Shown: positions 49,611 to 59,127 of the stretch, piece after piece
Layout: each line of letters begins with the position of its first letter
How positions within the stretch are numbered: the stretch's first letter is position 1
Assembly: GCA_963722385.1 (NCBI GenBank)
Contig: CAVRKK010000002.1
Coordinates: 1,120,001-1,184,000 of the forward strand
Direction of reading: 5' to 3'
DNA length: 64,000 nt
DNA from: an uncultured bacterium
GTDB taxonomy: Bacteria; Babelota; Babeliae; Babelales; Babelaceae
Translations under genes and position numbers: made by a program
The notes under the pieces: generated by a model
What the model saw: the letters and a program-made list of their open reading frames with translations, nothing else
What the model was told of the DNA's origin: nothing
The model's database searches: none

Positions 49611-50947
49611 ATATCTCTATTCTAACCTTGTTTCCTGACCTTTATACGTCGTTTTTGGAGACAAGCCTGATAGGGCGCGCCCGTCAGCAAGGCAACCTGC
49701 ACTGTAATGTGTCGAGCTTATTTACCTACAGTTTGCCTAAAGAGCGCATAGACGCGCCTACTTTTGGCCATGGTAGTGGTATGCTTATTCGCCCTGACGT
49801 AATTGAGCGCGCCATTGATGCCCATGAAACAGCACAGGGGCCCGCTTATAAAATATTTTTTTCACCTCAGGGGCAATTGCTTGACCAGGACGTGCTCAAG
49901 GACTTATACGCGCAGGTCATAAGCCGCGGTGGGCATCTTATGCTGCTACCGGCGCGCTATGAAGGGATGGATGCCCGTGTTGAGGATTATTATGCGGATA
50001 AGCTTATTTCGTTGGGAGATTTTGTGCTGATGGGAGGCGACTTGCCAGCGATGGTGCTTATTGAGGGTCTGGTTCGCTTGATCCCTGGTGTCGTGGGAAA
50101 GCAAGAATCGATTGAGCGCGAGTCGTTCTCGGGAGCATTTGTTGATTACCCCGAATATACGACGCCCGTAGTATGGAAGGGTATGGCAGTACCTGACGTT
50201 GTTCGCTCGGGTAATCATAAGGAGTTGCAATCGTGGAGGGAACGCCAGGCCGCGACCAAAAGCGTTTTGAGCCACTTTGAATGGGTCCGGAGCCATGAGC
50301 TCACCGAGGAGCAGGAAAGGCTTGTTGGTCACCTTATCCCGCCCCATTACGCGGTGCTTATGCATACCAACGTCATGGTGCCGGGTATTAACGAAGGGAC
50401 TACTTCGGTGACATCGCTTGATATTCACGATATTGCTCGGTCAGCGCGGACCTTTGGATTAAAGGGCTATTTTGTGGTAACGCCGTTAGCTGATCAGCAG
50501 AAGATTGTTCATAAACTTTTAAGCTTCTGGCGCTCTGACGCTGGCATAGGGTATAATGGGCAGCGCCATGATGCCTTGCAGATCGTAAATACGGCAACAA
50601 GCTTTGATGAGGCGGTCGCTGCGATAGAGGCGCAAGAAGGCGCCGCGCCGCTGATTATAGGGACATCGGCTCGTCAAGCAGAGCATCAGCAGCATGCTCA
50701 ACCGATTACGTATTATGACCAAAAAAGAGTCTGGCATCCTAAACGGCCGGTAATTTTTGTTTTTGGCACGGGGTTGGGACTGGCTCCATCGATGTTGGAA
50801 CGCTGCGACTTTATGCTCCCGCCGATTGGTGGATTTAGCTCGTTTAATCATTTATCAGTGCGTTCAGCAGCGGCCATTGTTTTTGACCGCTGGCTTGGGA
50901 GCAACAAAAAGAAAATTCATTATGTGAAGGGATATCATGAAAGCTAA
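49607..50947 (+). CDS. trmD: tRNA (G37-N1) methyltransferase TrmD fused to a second SPOUT domain (Tm1570-like)
   Basis: [31 protein letters not shown]; then [31 protein letters not shown]. Confidence 0.93.
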   Translation: MNISILTLFPDLYTSFLETSLIGRARQQGNLHCNVSSLFTYSLPKERIDAPTFGHGSGMLIRPDVIERAIDAHETAQGPAYKIFFSPQGQLLDQDVLKDLYAQVISRGGHLMLLPARYEGMDARVEDYYADKLISLGDFVLMGGDLPAMVLIEGLVRLIPGVVGKQESIERESFSGAFVDYPEYTTPVVWKGMAVPDVVRSGNHKELQSWRERQAATKSVLSHFEWVRSHELTEEQERLVGHLIPPHYAVLMHTNVMVPGINEGTTSVTSLDIHDIARSARTFGLKGYFVVTPLADQQKIVHKLLSFWRSDAGIGYNGQRHDALQIVNTATSFDEAVAAIEAQEGAAPLIIGTSARQAEHQQHAQPITYYDQKRVWHPKRPVIFVFGTGLGLAPSMLERCDFMLPPIGGFSSFNHLSVRSAAAIVFDRWLGSNKKKIHYVKGYHES

Positions 50948-51317
50948 GAATTATACGAAAGAAACAGTTCGAGAGGCTGGCATTGTTGATCGCGGCTTTG
51001 CGAAATTTGGCGTTGGCGATACCATCGCTATTGACCAAAAGGTTATTGAGGGCGATAAAAGCCGTATCCAAACTTTTGAGGGAGATGTTATAGCGATGCG
51101 CCGTAATGGCGCTTCAACAACCTTTACCGTCCGGCGTATTGGTGCCCATGGCGTTGCTGTAGAGCGCATATTCCCCTATTATTCGCCGCTTGTTGATACT
51201 ATTCGGTTGGTGCGAAAAGGCGAAACTCGTCGGGCCAAGCTCTATTACGTGCGCGGTCGTGTTGGCAAAGCTGCCCGTATCAAGGAAAAAGTTATTACTA
51301 AGGCTCAGGGAGAGTAA
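50937..51317 (+). CDS. rplS: 50S ribosomal protein L19
   Basis: [33 protein letters not shown]. Confidence 0.97.
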   Translation: MKAKNYTKETVREAGIVDRGFAKFGVGDTIAIDQKVIEGDKSRIQTFEGDVIAMRRNGASTTFTVRRIGAHGVAVERIFPYYSPLVDTIRLVRKGETRRAKLYYVRGRVGKAARIKEKVITKAQGE

Positions 51318-51318
51318 G

Positions 51319-51840
51319 ATGCTTGCACGCGGCTGGCTTCTTGCCGCGCTTGCGTGCTTGCCTGCGTGTGCACCGCGTCAAAGAACAAGAAGAGTGACGC
51401 TTGGCGAGCAGGTAATGCTTCCTGAAAGAGAGCCTTTTATTGAGCAGCCTAAGGCCGAGCCCATACCAACGAGCGCCGATACAAGTATCGATATTTACGA
51501 AGCGCGGTGGGATGTACCGCTGCCTTTTGATGCTCGTCGCAATCGAGCGAATACGCGTCAAAGCGTTGATGGTACAAGCTGCGTTTTTGTTTTTCAGACG
51601 AGCTTATCGGAAGCTGCGTGCGGTGACTTTTACCACAGTGAAATGGAGCGTTTGGGCTGGCAAGAAGCTGCGGTGTTTTCTTTTACGCCCCATGAGCTGC
51701 TGCTTATGTATGAAAAGCCTGCTCAGCGAGCGGTGGTTTATATTGTGCCTGAGGGAAATTCCTGCCTAACCGTGCGGTTATACGTAGGAATCAAGAACCA
51801 AGGGCACGCTGAGCATGCCCTTGGTGAACAACACTATTAA
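51319..51840 (+). CDS. Putative lipoprotein
   Basis: MLARGWLLAALACLPAC lipobox-like signal. Confidence 0.6.
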   Translation: MLARGWLLAALACLPACAPRQRTRRVTLGEQVMLPEREPFIEQPKAEPIPTSADTSIDIYEARWDVPLPFDARRNRANTRQSVDGTSCVFVFQTSLSEAACGDFYHSEMERLGWQEAAVFSFTPHELLLMYEKPAQRAVVYIVPEGNSCLTVRLYVGIKNQGHAEHALGEQHY

Positions 51841-52340
51841 AGAACTTCGATTTCTGCAATCTCTGGTCCCTTAGTGAGATGGACAGGTGCGCATGAGCGC
51901 CGTTGTGCTTCGATATTTTTAAGCGATTGCTTACGAATATCGATAGCGGTTTCCGTATCGGCAAGCTCTTGTTCGATAGCAACGATGCGGCGCTCAAGAG
52001 AACGCTTTTTTGCTGACAAGTCTTGGATCTGCTCAATCAGGCGGGAAGCTTCACGCTCGAGAAGCGCTAGTTTTCCTCTTTTGGGTGAGCGAACATGCTC
52101 GATAACATGTACTCGATCTACCGGTACTCTCTCTTCATATATTACTTCTTTAACGATTGGGCGTCGGCTGCTTGGTCGCGGGCTGGTTACCACGTTGCCT
52201 ATGATCGTTCCTGCTGTTGATCCGAGGGCTGAACCGAGCGCTGTCGCGGCAACCGTTTCGCCAAAGTCAGCGCGAGCCATACATGCTGCACTGAGCACAA
52301 GTGGCGTTATAAGGCTTGCGAGCGTAATGCGATATACCAT
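51837..52340 (-). CDS. Secreted glycine-zipper/coiled-coil hypothetical protein
   Basis: Signal peptide, ALGSALGSTAG, heptad-rich C-terminus. Confidence 0.6.
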   Translation of the reverse strand: MVYRITLASLITPLVLSAACMARADFGETVAATALGSALGSTAGTIIGNVVTSPRPSSRRPIVKEVIYEERVPVDRVHVIEHVRSPKRGKLALLEREASRLIEQIQDLSAKKRSLERRIVAIEQELADTETAIDIRKQSLKNIEAQRRSCAPVHLTKGPEIAEIEVL

Positions 52341-52410
52341 AAGGTTCTCCTAAAAATATACATATAATGCTAATTATTATTATGAGCTTAAAATAGTCAA
52401 AAATCAACTC

Positions 52411-53814
52411 CTATTGTTTATTTGCATTTTGCAGGGTATCAGCGAGCTTATTTACCTTGCCGGCGCCGAGTAATAAAATAAGATCGTCTTCTTGAACAAC
52501 GCCATCAAGTGCCTGCTGAATGCTTGCAAACTGCTCATCTTGAGGAATATAGGTGACCGATTGATCGGCTTTATTGGATTGAAGTTCCTGCGTTAGTCGT
52601 GCGCTCGTAATGGTTGGTATGGGCGCTTCGCTTGCGGCATGTATATCCGTTATGATCAAATGATCGATCGGATGGTGGGTGAGTACTTTAATAAAATCTT
52701 GCCAGAGGTGATAGGTGCGCGAATAGCGATGGGGTTGAAATATGACGATAAGCTTTCTTTTTGTGCGTTGTCGAGCAACTAAAAGGGTGTTATGTATTTC
52801 AACGGGATGGTGCCCATAATCGTCAAAAACATCAGCGCCTTTATAGGTTCCTTTAAAAGTAAACCGGCGATCGACTCCTTTGAAATTGGCAAGGGCTTGG
52901 GCGATGTTATGAAAAGGTACCTCGAGTTCTAATGACAGGGTTGTCGCGGCGAGGGCATTGAGGAGGTTGTGCCTGCCGGGCATCTTGACCATAAGGTTGC
53001 CTATATGCTTGTTTCCACGTGAGCGCCAGAGCGAGCAGGTGGTGTGCGTTGGATACAATTCAATATCATGGGCAAAGATATCTGCTTGCTGTGAAAGCCC
53101 GTACGTGATGGCTTTTGCATGACTGAGGGGAAGAAGCGAGCGGGCATGTTCATCATCGTGACAAATGATTGCTCTGCCATAAAAGGGCAGATTGCTGAGG
53201 AATTGCCTGAACGTTGCTTTAACGTCATCAAGATTGGTATAGGTATCAAGATGTTCACGGTCAACATTGGTTACGATGGCTATCGCCGGCGAGAGTCGGA
53301 CCAATGATCGATCACTCTCATCAGCCTCAGCTACCAAAAAGTCACCTCGGCCCAAGTGCGCATTGGTTGAGATACTTTTTAAGTGGCCGCCAATAATAAC
53401 GGTTGGATCATAGCCTGCTTCCATAAGCACGTGTGCTACGAGCGATGTCGTGGTTGTTTTGCCATGGGCACCTGCAATGGCGATGCTGTACTTCATGCGC
53501 ATGAGCTCTGCGAGCATTAATGCTCGCGGGATTGTAGGCAGCCCTAAACTCCGTGCTCGCATAATTTCTAGGTGGTCATCCTTGATATCAGAAGAATATA
53601 CGACGATATCAATTGAAGTATCATGGCATTGGGGAGTATTATTGCCCTTAGATACCGGACAGCCGAGCTGGGTCAAATCAACGACACTTTTTTGTTCAAG
53701 ATCTAGGTCGCAGCCCGAAATAATATATCCTTGATGCTTAAGAATTTTGGCGATACCACTCATGCCGATACCACCGATTCCGACAAAATGAATATGAGCT
53801 TTTTTATTGTACAT
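52411..53814 (-). CDS. murC: UDP-N-acetylmuramate--L-alanine ligase
   Basis: HFVGIGGIGMSGIA, AGAHGKTTT, EADESD, DDYGHHP.EI, FQPHRYSRT. Confidence 0.97.
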   Translation of the reverse strand: MYNKKAHIHFVGIGGIGMSGIAKILKHQGYIISGCDLDLEQKSVVDLTQLGCPVSKGNNTPQCHDTSIDIVVYSSDIKDDHLEIMRARSLGLPTIPRALMLAELMRMKYSIAIAGAHGKTTTTSLVAHVLMEAGYDPTVIIGGHLKSISTNAHLGRGDFLVAEADESDRSLVRLSPAIAIVTNVDREHLDTYTNLDDVKATFRQFLSNLPFYGRAIICHDDEHARSLLPLSHAKAITYGLSQQADIFAHDIELYPTHTTCSLWRSRGNKHIGNLMVKMPGRHNLLNALAATTLSLELEVPFHNIAQALANFKGVDRRFTFKGTYKGADVFDDYGHHPVEIHNTLLVARQRTKRKLIVIFQPHRYSRTYHLWQDFIKVLTHHPIDHLIITDIHAASEAPIPTITSARLTQELQSNKADQSVTYIPQDEQFASIQQALDGVVQEDDLILLLGAGKVNKLADTLQNANKQ

Positions 53815-53921
53815 GTTTTTATTGGTCTAAATGGCGCAAATGTAATGGTTGTCAATTAAGTGTATACCAGATTTTTCATGTGCTCAACAAGCCTTTTAAC
53901 GCTCACGATGATTTTGAGGGC

Positions 53922-54236
53922 TTAAGACCCTGGAAAGCGTTGCCGTGAAAAAAAGGATAGAACATCATTTTCCTGAATTGAATAATCCTTTAATGTTTTG
54001 TTATCGTCTAATACTATACCTTTAAAAGCAAGCCGTTGGGCATCTACGGGAACCTCCTGAAGGCCTTGTATTATTTGCTGTGCTTCGAGAGCTTTTTTGA
54101 CCATGTTAATGGTAGCTGATGGTGGTATATCTAATTTTAGCTCAGGTCCCTCTATATATTTGATAACAACGGGCATTGATAAGGCCGGGCTGGCGAAAAA
54201 AATAATTAATAATGACAGAGCGAGAAAAAGCTTCAT
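53922..54236 (-). CDS. Secreted eukaryote-like ubiquitin-fold protein
   Basis: Signal peptide followed by a sequence aligning to ubiquitin (PS.TI..VK, P.D.QRL.F.G..L.D..TL.DY.IQ). Confidence 0.88.
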   Translation of the reverse strand: MKLFLALSLLIIFFASPALSMPVVIKYIEGPELKLDIPPSATINMVKKALEAQQIIQGLQEVPVDAQRLAFKGIVLDDNKTLKDYSIQENDVLSFFSRQRFPGS

Positions 54237-54570
54237 CGCAATTCTCCTTTTTTAAACTTATGAGATAAATACAAAATAATATTATCACGTTGAGCATTTC
54301 AGCCGCAATGGTTTTGATTGCGCGAGATCAATATATTTGCTAGCAGGCCTTAAGCTCTACAGCGGTCTTAAAAAACCGTGGGCAACAATCTGCTACCTCT
54401 CTTAATCAACGGCCTATTTTTAAGAGTTATTTTCAAGATATAAGGATGTCACCGGTCAATCGTTGCATAAACTGAAGTGATAGGGCGCTTTGTCTGATAG
54501 CATCTCAATTTTAGACCTTGACCAATGGTATCGAATTATGATACTATTGAGAATATAACAAGAGGGCGTA

Positions 54571-54825
54571 ATGAACAATAAACATAAACGTACTCTAGAA
54601 AGCATCTTTAGGCTACCTACACAAACCTCTATTAAGTGGAAAGATGTTGAATTATTGTTTATACATTTAGGAGCCAAAGCGACTGAAGGAAACGGCTCGC
54701 GAATACGTGTGATACTAAATAAGGTTCCAGCAAACTTTCATAGACCGCATCCACGCCGTGAAGCAACTCAAGGTGCCATTGAAGCAGTACGTAGGTTTTT
54801 AAAAGATGCAGGAGTTAAAAAATGA
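54571..54825 (+). CDS. HicA-family toxin
   Basis: IKW.DVE.L...LGA...EG.GSR, FHRPHP. Confidence 0.88.
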   Translation: MNNKHKRTLESIFRLPTQTSIKWKDVELLFIHLGAKATEGNGSRIRVILNKVPANFHRPHPRREATQGAIEAVRRFLKDAGVKK

Positions 54826-55145
54826 TTGAATATAAAGGATATAAAGGAATAATTACCTACGATAGTAAATTAAAAGTTTTTCATGGGGATGTTATAGGAT
54901 TGCGACACGTTATCACCTTTGAAGGAACAAATCCTGAAGAAATTGAGAAATCTTTTAAAGAGGCTATCGATGATTATCTTGATATGTGCAAACAAGAAGG
55001 TATAAAGCCTGAAAAAACTTTCTCAGGAAAGTTCATGATAAGGATTTCTCCTAATCTTCACGCTGAACTTTTTAGCGCAGCGAAACAAAACAAAAAAAGT
55101 TTAAATTTATATATAGCAGAGGCGTTAAGCGCAAGACAAAAATAA
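54822..55145 (+). CDS. HicB-family antitoxin
   Basis: YKGY.G, F.G.V.G..VITF.G, FSGKF..RI.P.LH, SLN. Confidence 0.9.
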   Translation: MIEYKGYKGIITYDSKLKVFHGDVIGLRHVITFEGTNPEEIEKSFKEAIDDYLDMCKQEGIKPEKTFSGKFMIRISPNLHAELFSAAKQNKKSLNLYIAEALSARQK

Positions 55146-55196
55146 ATATCTATGCGCTACTAATCTAATGATTTTATACTTATCGTAAAAAAGATA

Positions 55197-55455
55197 TTGG
55201 CTACTTCTCAAGATTGTAGTAAATGCCATCTACGAGGTAATCGCCAGGGTAAATTATTTAAGTGTCCTCATTGTAGGCACGTTGATCATGCTGACGTAAA
55301 TGCTTCATTCAACATAGCTATGCGTCATGGGCAGAGATCAATTGGACGCAGACAGAGTTGCGTTCAACGGGCTCACTGAAATCCCTAAAAGGGCTACGCT
55401 GCTTGAATGACCGCGACCCTAGAACCTCCGGCTTTTAAGCCGGCGTTATTCAGTC
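55197..55455 (+). pseudogene. 3' remnant of tnpB with IS200/IS605 right end
   Basis: [20 protein letters not shown]; subterminal hairpin CCGGCTT-TT-AAGCCGG. Confidence 0.8.
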
Positions 55456-55805
55456 GATGTATCCCACAGCGTTCCTCAAGCTATAGTACCCATGCTCACC
55501 TTGATATACCATATGTGGAAAGGTGCTTTGTAGAGTTAGTCTGGAGCAGCCACTCGTGAGACGCTGTGTTTTACTGCGACATATTAACCGTTCAGGCTCG
55601 TCCGAACTTGGGTTTTCTTTCAAGCGACCTCAAACGACGAACCAGGGGCAATAATCTGCAACAGAGATAGCTGTGTCCTGTTTTACATAAAATATTGCTA
55701 TTAGTATGCAAAAATTGTTATAATTTACGCAAGTTGGGTAATCATATCTTACCTCAGCATTGGTTTTTCAAGTACATTTTATTGTCATATTAAATAGGAG
55801 TAATC

Positions 55806-56765
55806 ATGAATAAATTTGCGAAACTGCTTATTTTAGGTTTAATTCTAGCGAGTATCGGAAATCTTGCAAAGGCTCAAGAAAAGGCTATGGATCTAGCTTG
55901 GCATACGCTACAAGAAACATACAAAAAAGAGGGAATGAAAGGAATTGCGACCGATGTCATTAAAGCTTCCTGGGACTGGACCAAAAGTTCTACGGTCGTT
56001 ATTGTAGAAAATGCAAAAAAAGCAGTAAACTACACTATTGCCGAGCTTCCGTCAGATATACGTGAGATCGCCGAGCTTATAACACCAGAAGAAAAAGAAC
56101 AACTGCAAACGGCACTCGAGAGTGCAAAAAATCAATCTATTGCTGTTAATATCAAGGTGGCGCAATATTTTGGCTTGCCGCAGGACGTAATGGCAGGTAT
56201 TTTGATAGCTTCAGGATTGGTAGGTCTACGTGCGGCGGTTCCGCCACTTGTCCGCGCTATCCCAATGGTGCCTTATGCCGTTCAGTATGGTGCGCTTGCT
56301 GGTGGGACATATGCCGTAGGCAAAGCCATTTTACCATATGTTCCCTATATGCCTTTCCTAGCGTCGAACGTTGACGTAAAGCAAGTATTTTCTAGCGTAA
56401 AAGATGCGATTGTTTCAGCAAATGAAAATATAGCAAATAAACTAAGCCTTTCACCTTATGCCACCGGCTTATTAGGAGTAACCTTGGCAACGGCAGGGGC
56501 TGGATGGATGTACCGTACAGCTGCTACCACCTTGCGTTGGGCGCGAAATGGCGTCTATCTAGCGCTTGCTTGGCCATTGTTCCAATATTCCTATAGTTTT
56601 GCACAAGAGGCATATAGCAGGTTGAGTGCACAGCGTCTTTCAAAAGCACAAGCGCAAGCGCTTGTTGATGAAGCAAATAGGCTTGCTGATCGATCAAGCC
56701 AAGTAGCAAAAACCCTTGCTGCCGATGTTGCGCAGGAAGCTGCCGTTCTTAAAACAGAATTATAA
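55806..56765 (+). CDS. Secreted/membrane hypothetical protein
   Basis: AGGAG RBS, signal peptide, several hydrophobic segments. Confidence 0.7.
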   Translation: MNKFAKLLILGLILASIGNLAKAQEKAMDLAWHTLQETYKKEGMKGIATDVIKASWDWTKSSTVVIVENAKKAVNYTIAELPSDIREIAELITPEEKEQLQTALESAKNQSIAVNIKVAQYFGLPQDVMAGILIASGLVGLRAAVPPLVRAIPMVPYAVQYGALAGGTYAVGKAILPYVPYMPFLASNVDVKQVFSSVKDAIVSANENIANKLSLSPYATGLLGVTLATAGAGWMYRTAATTLRWARNGVYLALAWPLFQYSYSFAQEAYSRLSAQRLSKAQAQALVDEANRLADRSSQVAKTLAADVAQEAAVLKTEL

Positions 56766-56781
56766 GGTAATCTTAAGTTCG

Positions 56782-56809
56782 AAGCTCCAGTAATAAGCTG
56801 GGGCTTTTG
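56782..56809 (+). terminator. Probable intrinsic terminator between convergent genes
   Basis: AAGCTCCAG-TAATAAG-CTGGGGCTT followed by a T-run. Confidence 0.55.
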
Positions 56810-56825
56810 AACGCTACTTAGGTGA

Positions 56826-57203
56826 TTATTTTCTTTCTAGACGAGTATCAATATATTCGTCAATAAGCTGGTTTAAAGATTTTGATCGTCTTGTTGCTTC
56901 GCGTGCTAACAAATAGTGCCTGCGGCTTGTTGTACGGTAGGCAATATTTCCTTTAAATTGCTTTTCATCAATTGGCTCGGGAACTATCTCGCCATGTTTG
57001 ATATAAAGTTCAAAGGTAGCGATCATAGCTTCTTTGATAGCTTCCATTCCTTCTGCAATAGTGAGTGCATCAGTGCTTATACCCGGTAGCTCGTTAACAT
57101 GTATGATATAATAAGGCTTATCTTGATCTTTTGCTGTTTCAATGGTGTAAGTCCAGGGAAGCTGCAAATAATATTGTATATTCTTTTTTTTGTTAGTAAC
57201 CAT
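56826..57203 (-). CDS. HicB-family antitoxin
   Basis: YY..LPW, ELPG..T...T..E, VPEP, F.G.I..R, SLNQ. Confidence 0.85.
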   Translation of the reverse strand: MVTNKKKNIQYYLQLPWTYTIETAKDQDKPYYIIHVNELPGISTDALTIAEGMEAIKEAMIATFELYIKHGEIVPEPIDEKQFKGNIAYRTTSRRHYLLAREATRRSKSLNQLIDEYIDTRLERK

Positions 57204-57807
57204 GTTTAATAAGCACCTCTTTTAAAAGCTTTACTTGATAAGTAACGCGAATTCGATCTAAGCCGGTAAGCCAAAAAAAAGAAAATCGCTTGCGAGAGAG
57301 GGCTTTTTTTGCCTAAATGAGTAAGCAACTAAGGCAGAAAAGATGGAGTACAATAATAATCTTTAAACGTTTTACAACTCAGAATAATGATAATAAATCA
57401 TAATGGTCATAATCTCGCAGAGTCGCATTCTACTCTTTCTTTTTCGCTTTTTTCACCTTGCAGAGCCGCCAAACAGCCATTTTTTTCAAGGTCTTTGCAA
57501 AAGTTTGCAACGTGGTAAAATATTGTGACGAGCATTGTCGTTTCTCCTTTTTTTGTTGAATTTTGAAAAAAGGATAGTACTTTGCTCGTTTTTTTCTACT
57601 TTTTCTTACGTCGAACTCGCGTTAAGTAAGTAGTTCAGGCCTTTTTTTTAACGATACATGAAGTTCGAATCCTGCTTTCTTAAAAATATGATGAGATCCT
57701 CTCATATGTAGGTTAAATCCAAGATTCAACAAAAGCTTTTCAGCTTCATCGAAGGAAACCGAGGAATAGTTATATATCTTTCTTATAATTTTTTCTTTAT
57801 CGCCCAT
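57193..57807 (-). pseudogene. HicA-family toxin gene interrupted by an IS982-derived element
   Basis: LGF....GSHHIF motif; removing the insert restores RPELLTYQVKLLKEVLIKHGY*. Confidence 0.88.
57245..57622 (-). mobile_element. Internally deleted IS982-family element (378 bp)
   Basis: TIRs ACGCGAATTCGATCTAAG / CTTACGTCGAACTCGCGT; TAAGTA target duplication; fragments MLVTIFYHVANFCK and LVAYSF..KKPSL. Confidence 0.85.
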
Positions 57808-57871
57808 ATTGCTACCTCTTAAACATGATATCAAATTAGATATCGTGTGGCAAAGATTTTGGCGTCAAAGG

Positions 57872-59119
57872 CAGGGCCGGCTCATCTAAATTTGATTGAC
57901 AATTAATTCCAAAGTGCTAGGTTGCCAGCAAGACAGCTTTCGAAGACATTTGATACTGATGTACTTATCAACCAATGGCTGGGCTCGTTTGAGCAAGTTA
58001 AGCGCCAAACTTTTGATGGTCGCTACATTTTGAGGAGCATTACCTTTTCGAATTCTCGATTGATCATCATTAAAGCAAACATCGAGTACCCAATGCATCG
58101 AATTCTCTATTAACCAGTGACTTCTTGCGGCGCGCAATATTCTTTCTGCTGATGCAGGAATACTTGTTATGTAGTAACGTTTTTCTATAGTCTTATTCTT
58201 ACCAATCAATCGCTCTGATTGTATACAGGCAATGCTCTTTATTGAGACCCAATCATTTTTTTTAGAAAGCCAGCCTATTTGATCGGTTGTTGTACAAGTC
58301 CTAATCTCAATTCGACCATGCCCTTTTTCTGTTTCTGAAAATGTATCATGCTTAATATTGATATATTTTGATTCGCTTTCTATTTCAAAGAAAGTTTTTA
58401 TTTCTTCAAGAAGATCACCTTGATTGCCCTTTACATTAAGCAAATAATCCCCTTTTTTGTCAATAATCTTTTGAGCAATTTTTTTCTGGGTCCCTATTGC
58501 ATCAATCGTCACTATCGCATCGCAGATATCAATTAAGTCCAAGAGCTGCGGGATAGCCGTTATTTCATTCGATTTTCCTTCTACCTTTTTTTGACAAAGG
58601 ACCATTCTAACATCTGTCGCAAATGCATTGACTAGATAAAGAGGCTCTTTATCTTCTGTTTCACCCTGATCAAACTTCTTTTTGTCACTTTCCCATCTAT
58701 GGCTACTGTTCTTGCATCATCAGTGTCTCTGTTATCCCTTACTGATGCTACTAAATCGCTTACCCATTTTACAAATATTTTAGAAAACTCATTAGGATCA
58801 AGTGCTCTAAAAAATCTCCTTAACGTATCATCGCTTGGTACCCCATTTTCAAATGGTAGATACTTTTTAAGTACGTCTAATCGAGCTTTTCCGTAGTATT
58901 CGATATCTTTCCAACCCTCGCACCCACTTATAACCCCTACCAGAGTTAAAAAAAGAATATCTGCCATTGAATGCAGTTTTCCTCTTTCAATTCTTGGGTC
59001 TTCTAGTTCACCTATATAATCCAAAAAACTAATATTTCTGTCTTCCATCTTGGTTCTCCCGGTTTTTTTTGAGAACCATTATATCTTAGTTTTTTAATTT
59101 TTTAAGTGAGCCGGCCCTG
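57872..59119 (-). mobile_element. ISAs1-family IS with frameshifted transposase (59048-58632, 58605-57886)
   Basis: TIR CAGGGCCGGCTCA at both ends; 10-bp duplication GCGTCAAAGG; motifs DPR, AIDGK, KSNEITAIP, TIDA, KGNQ, HGRIE.R, HW.IEN. Confidence 0.95.
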
Positions 59120-59127
59120 GCGTCAAA

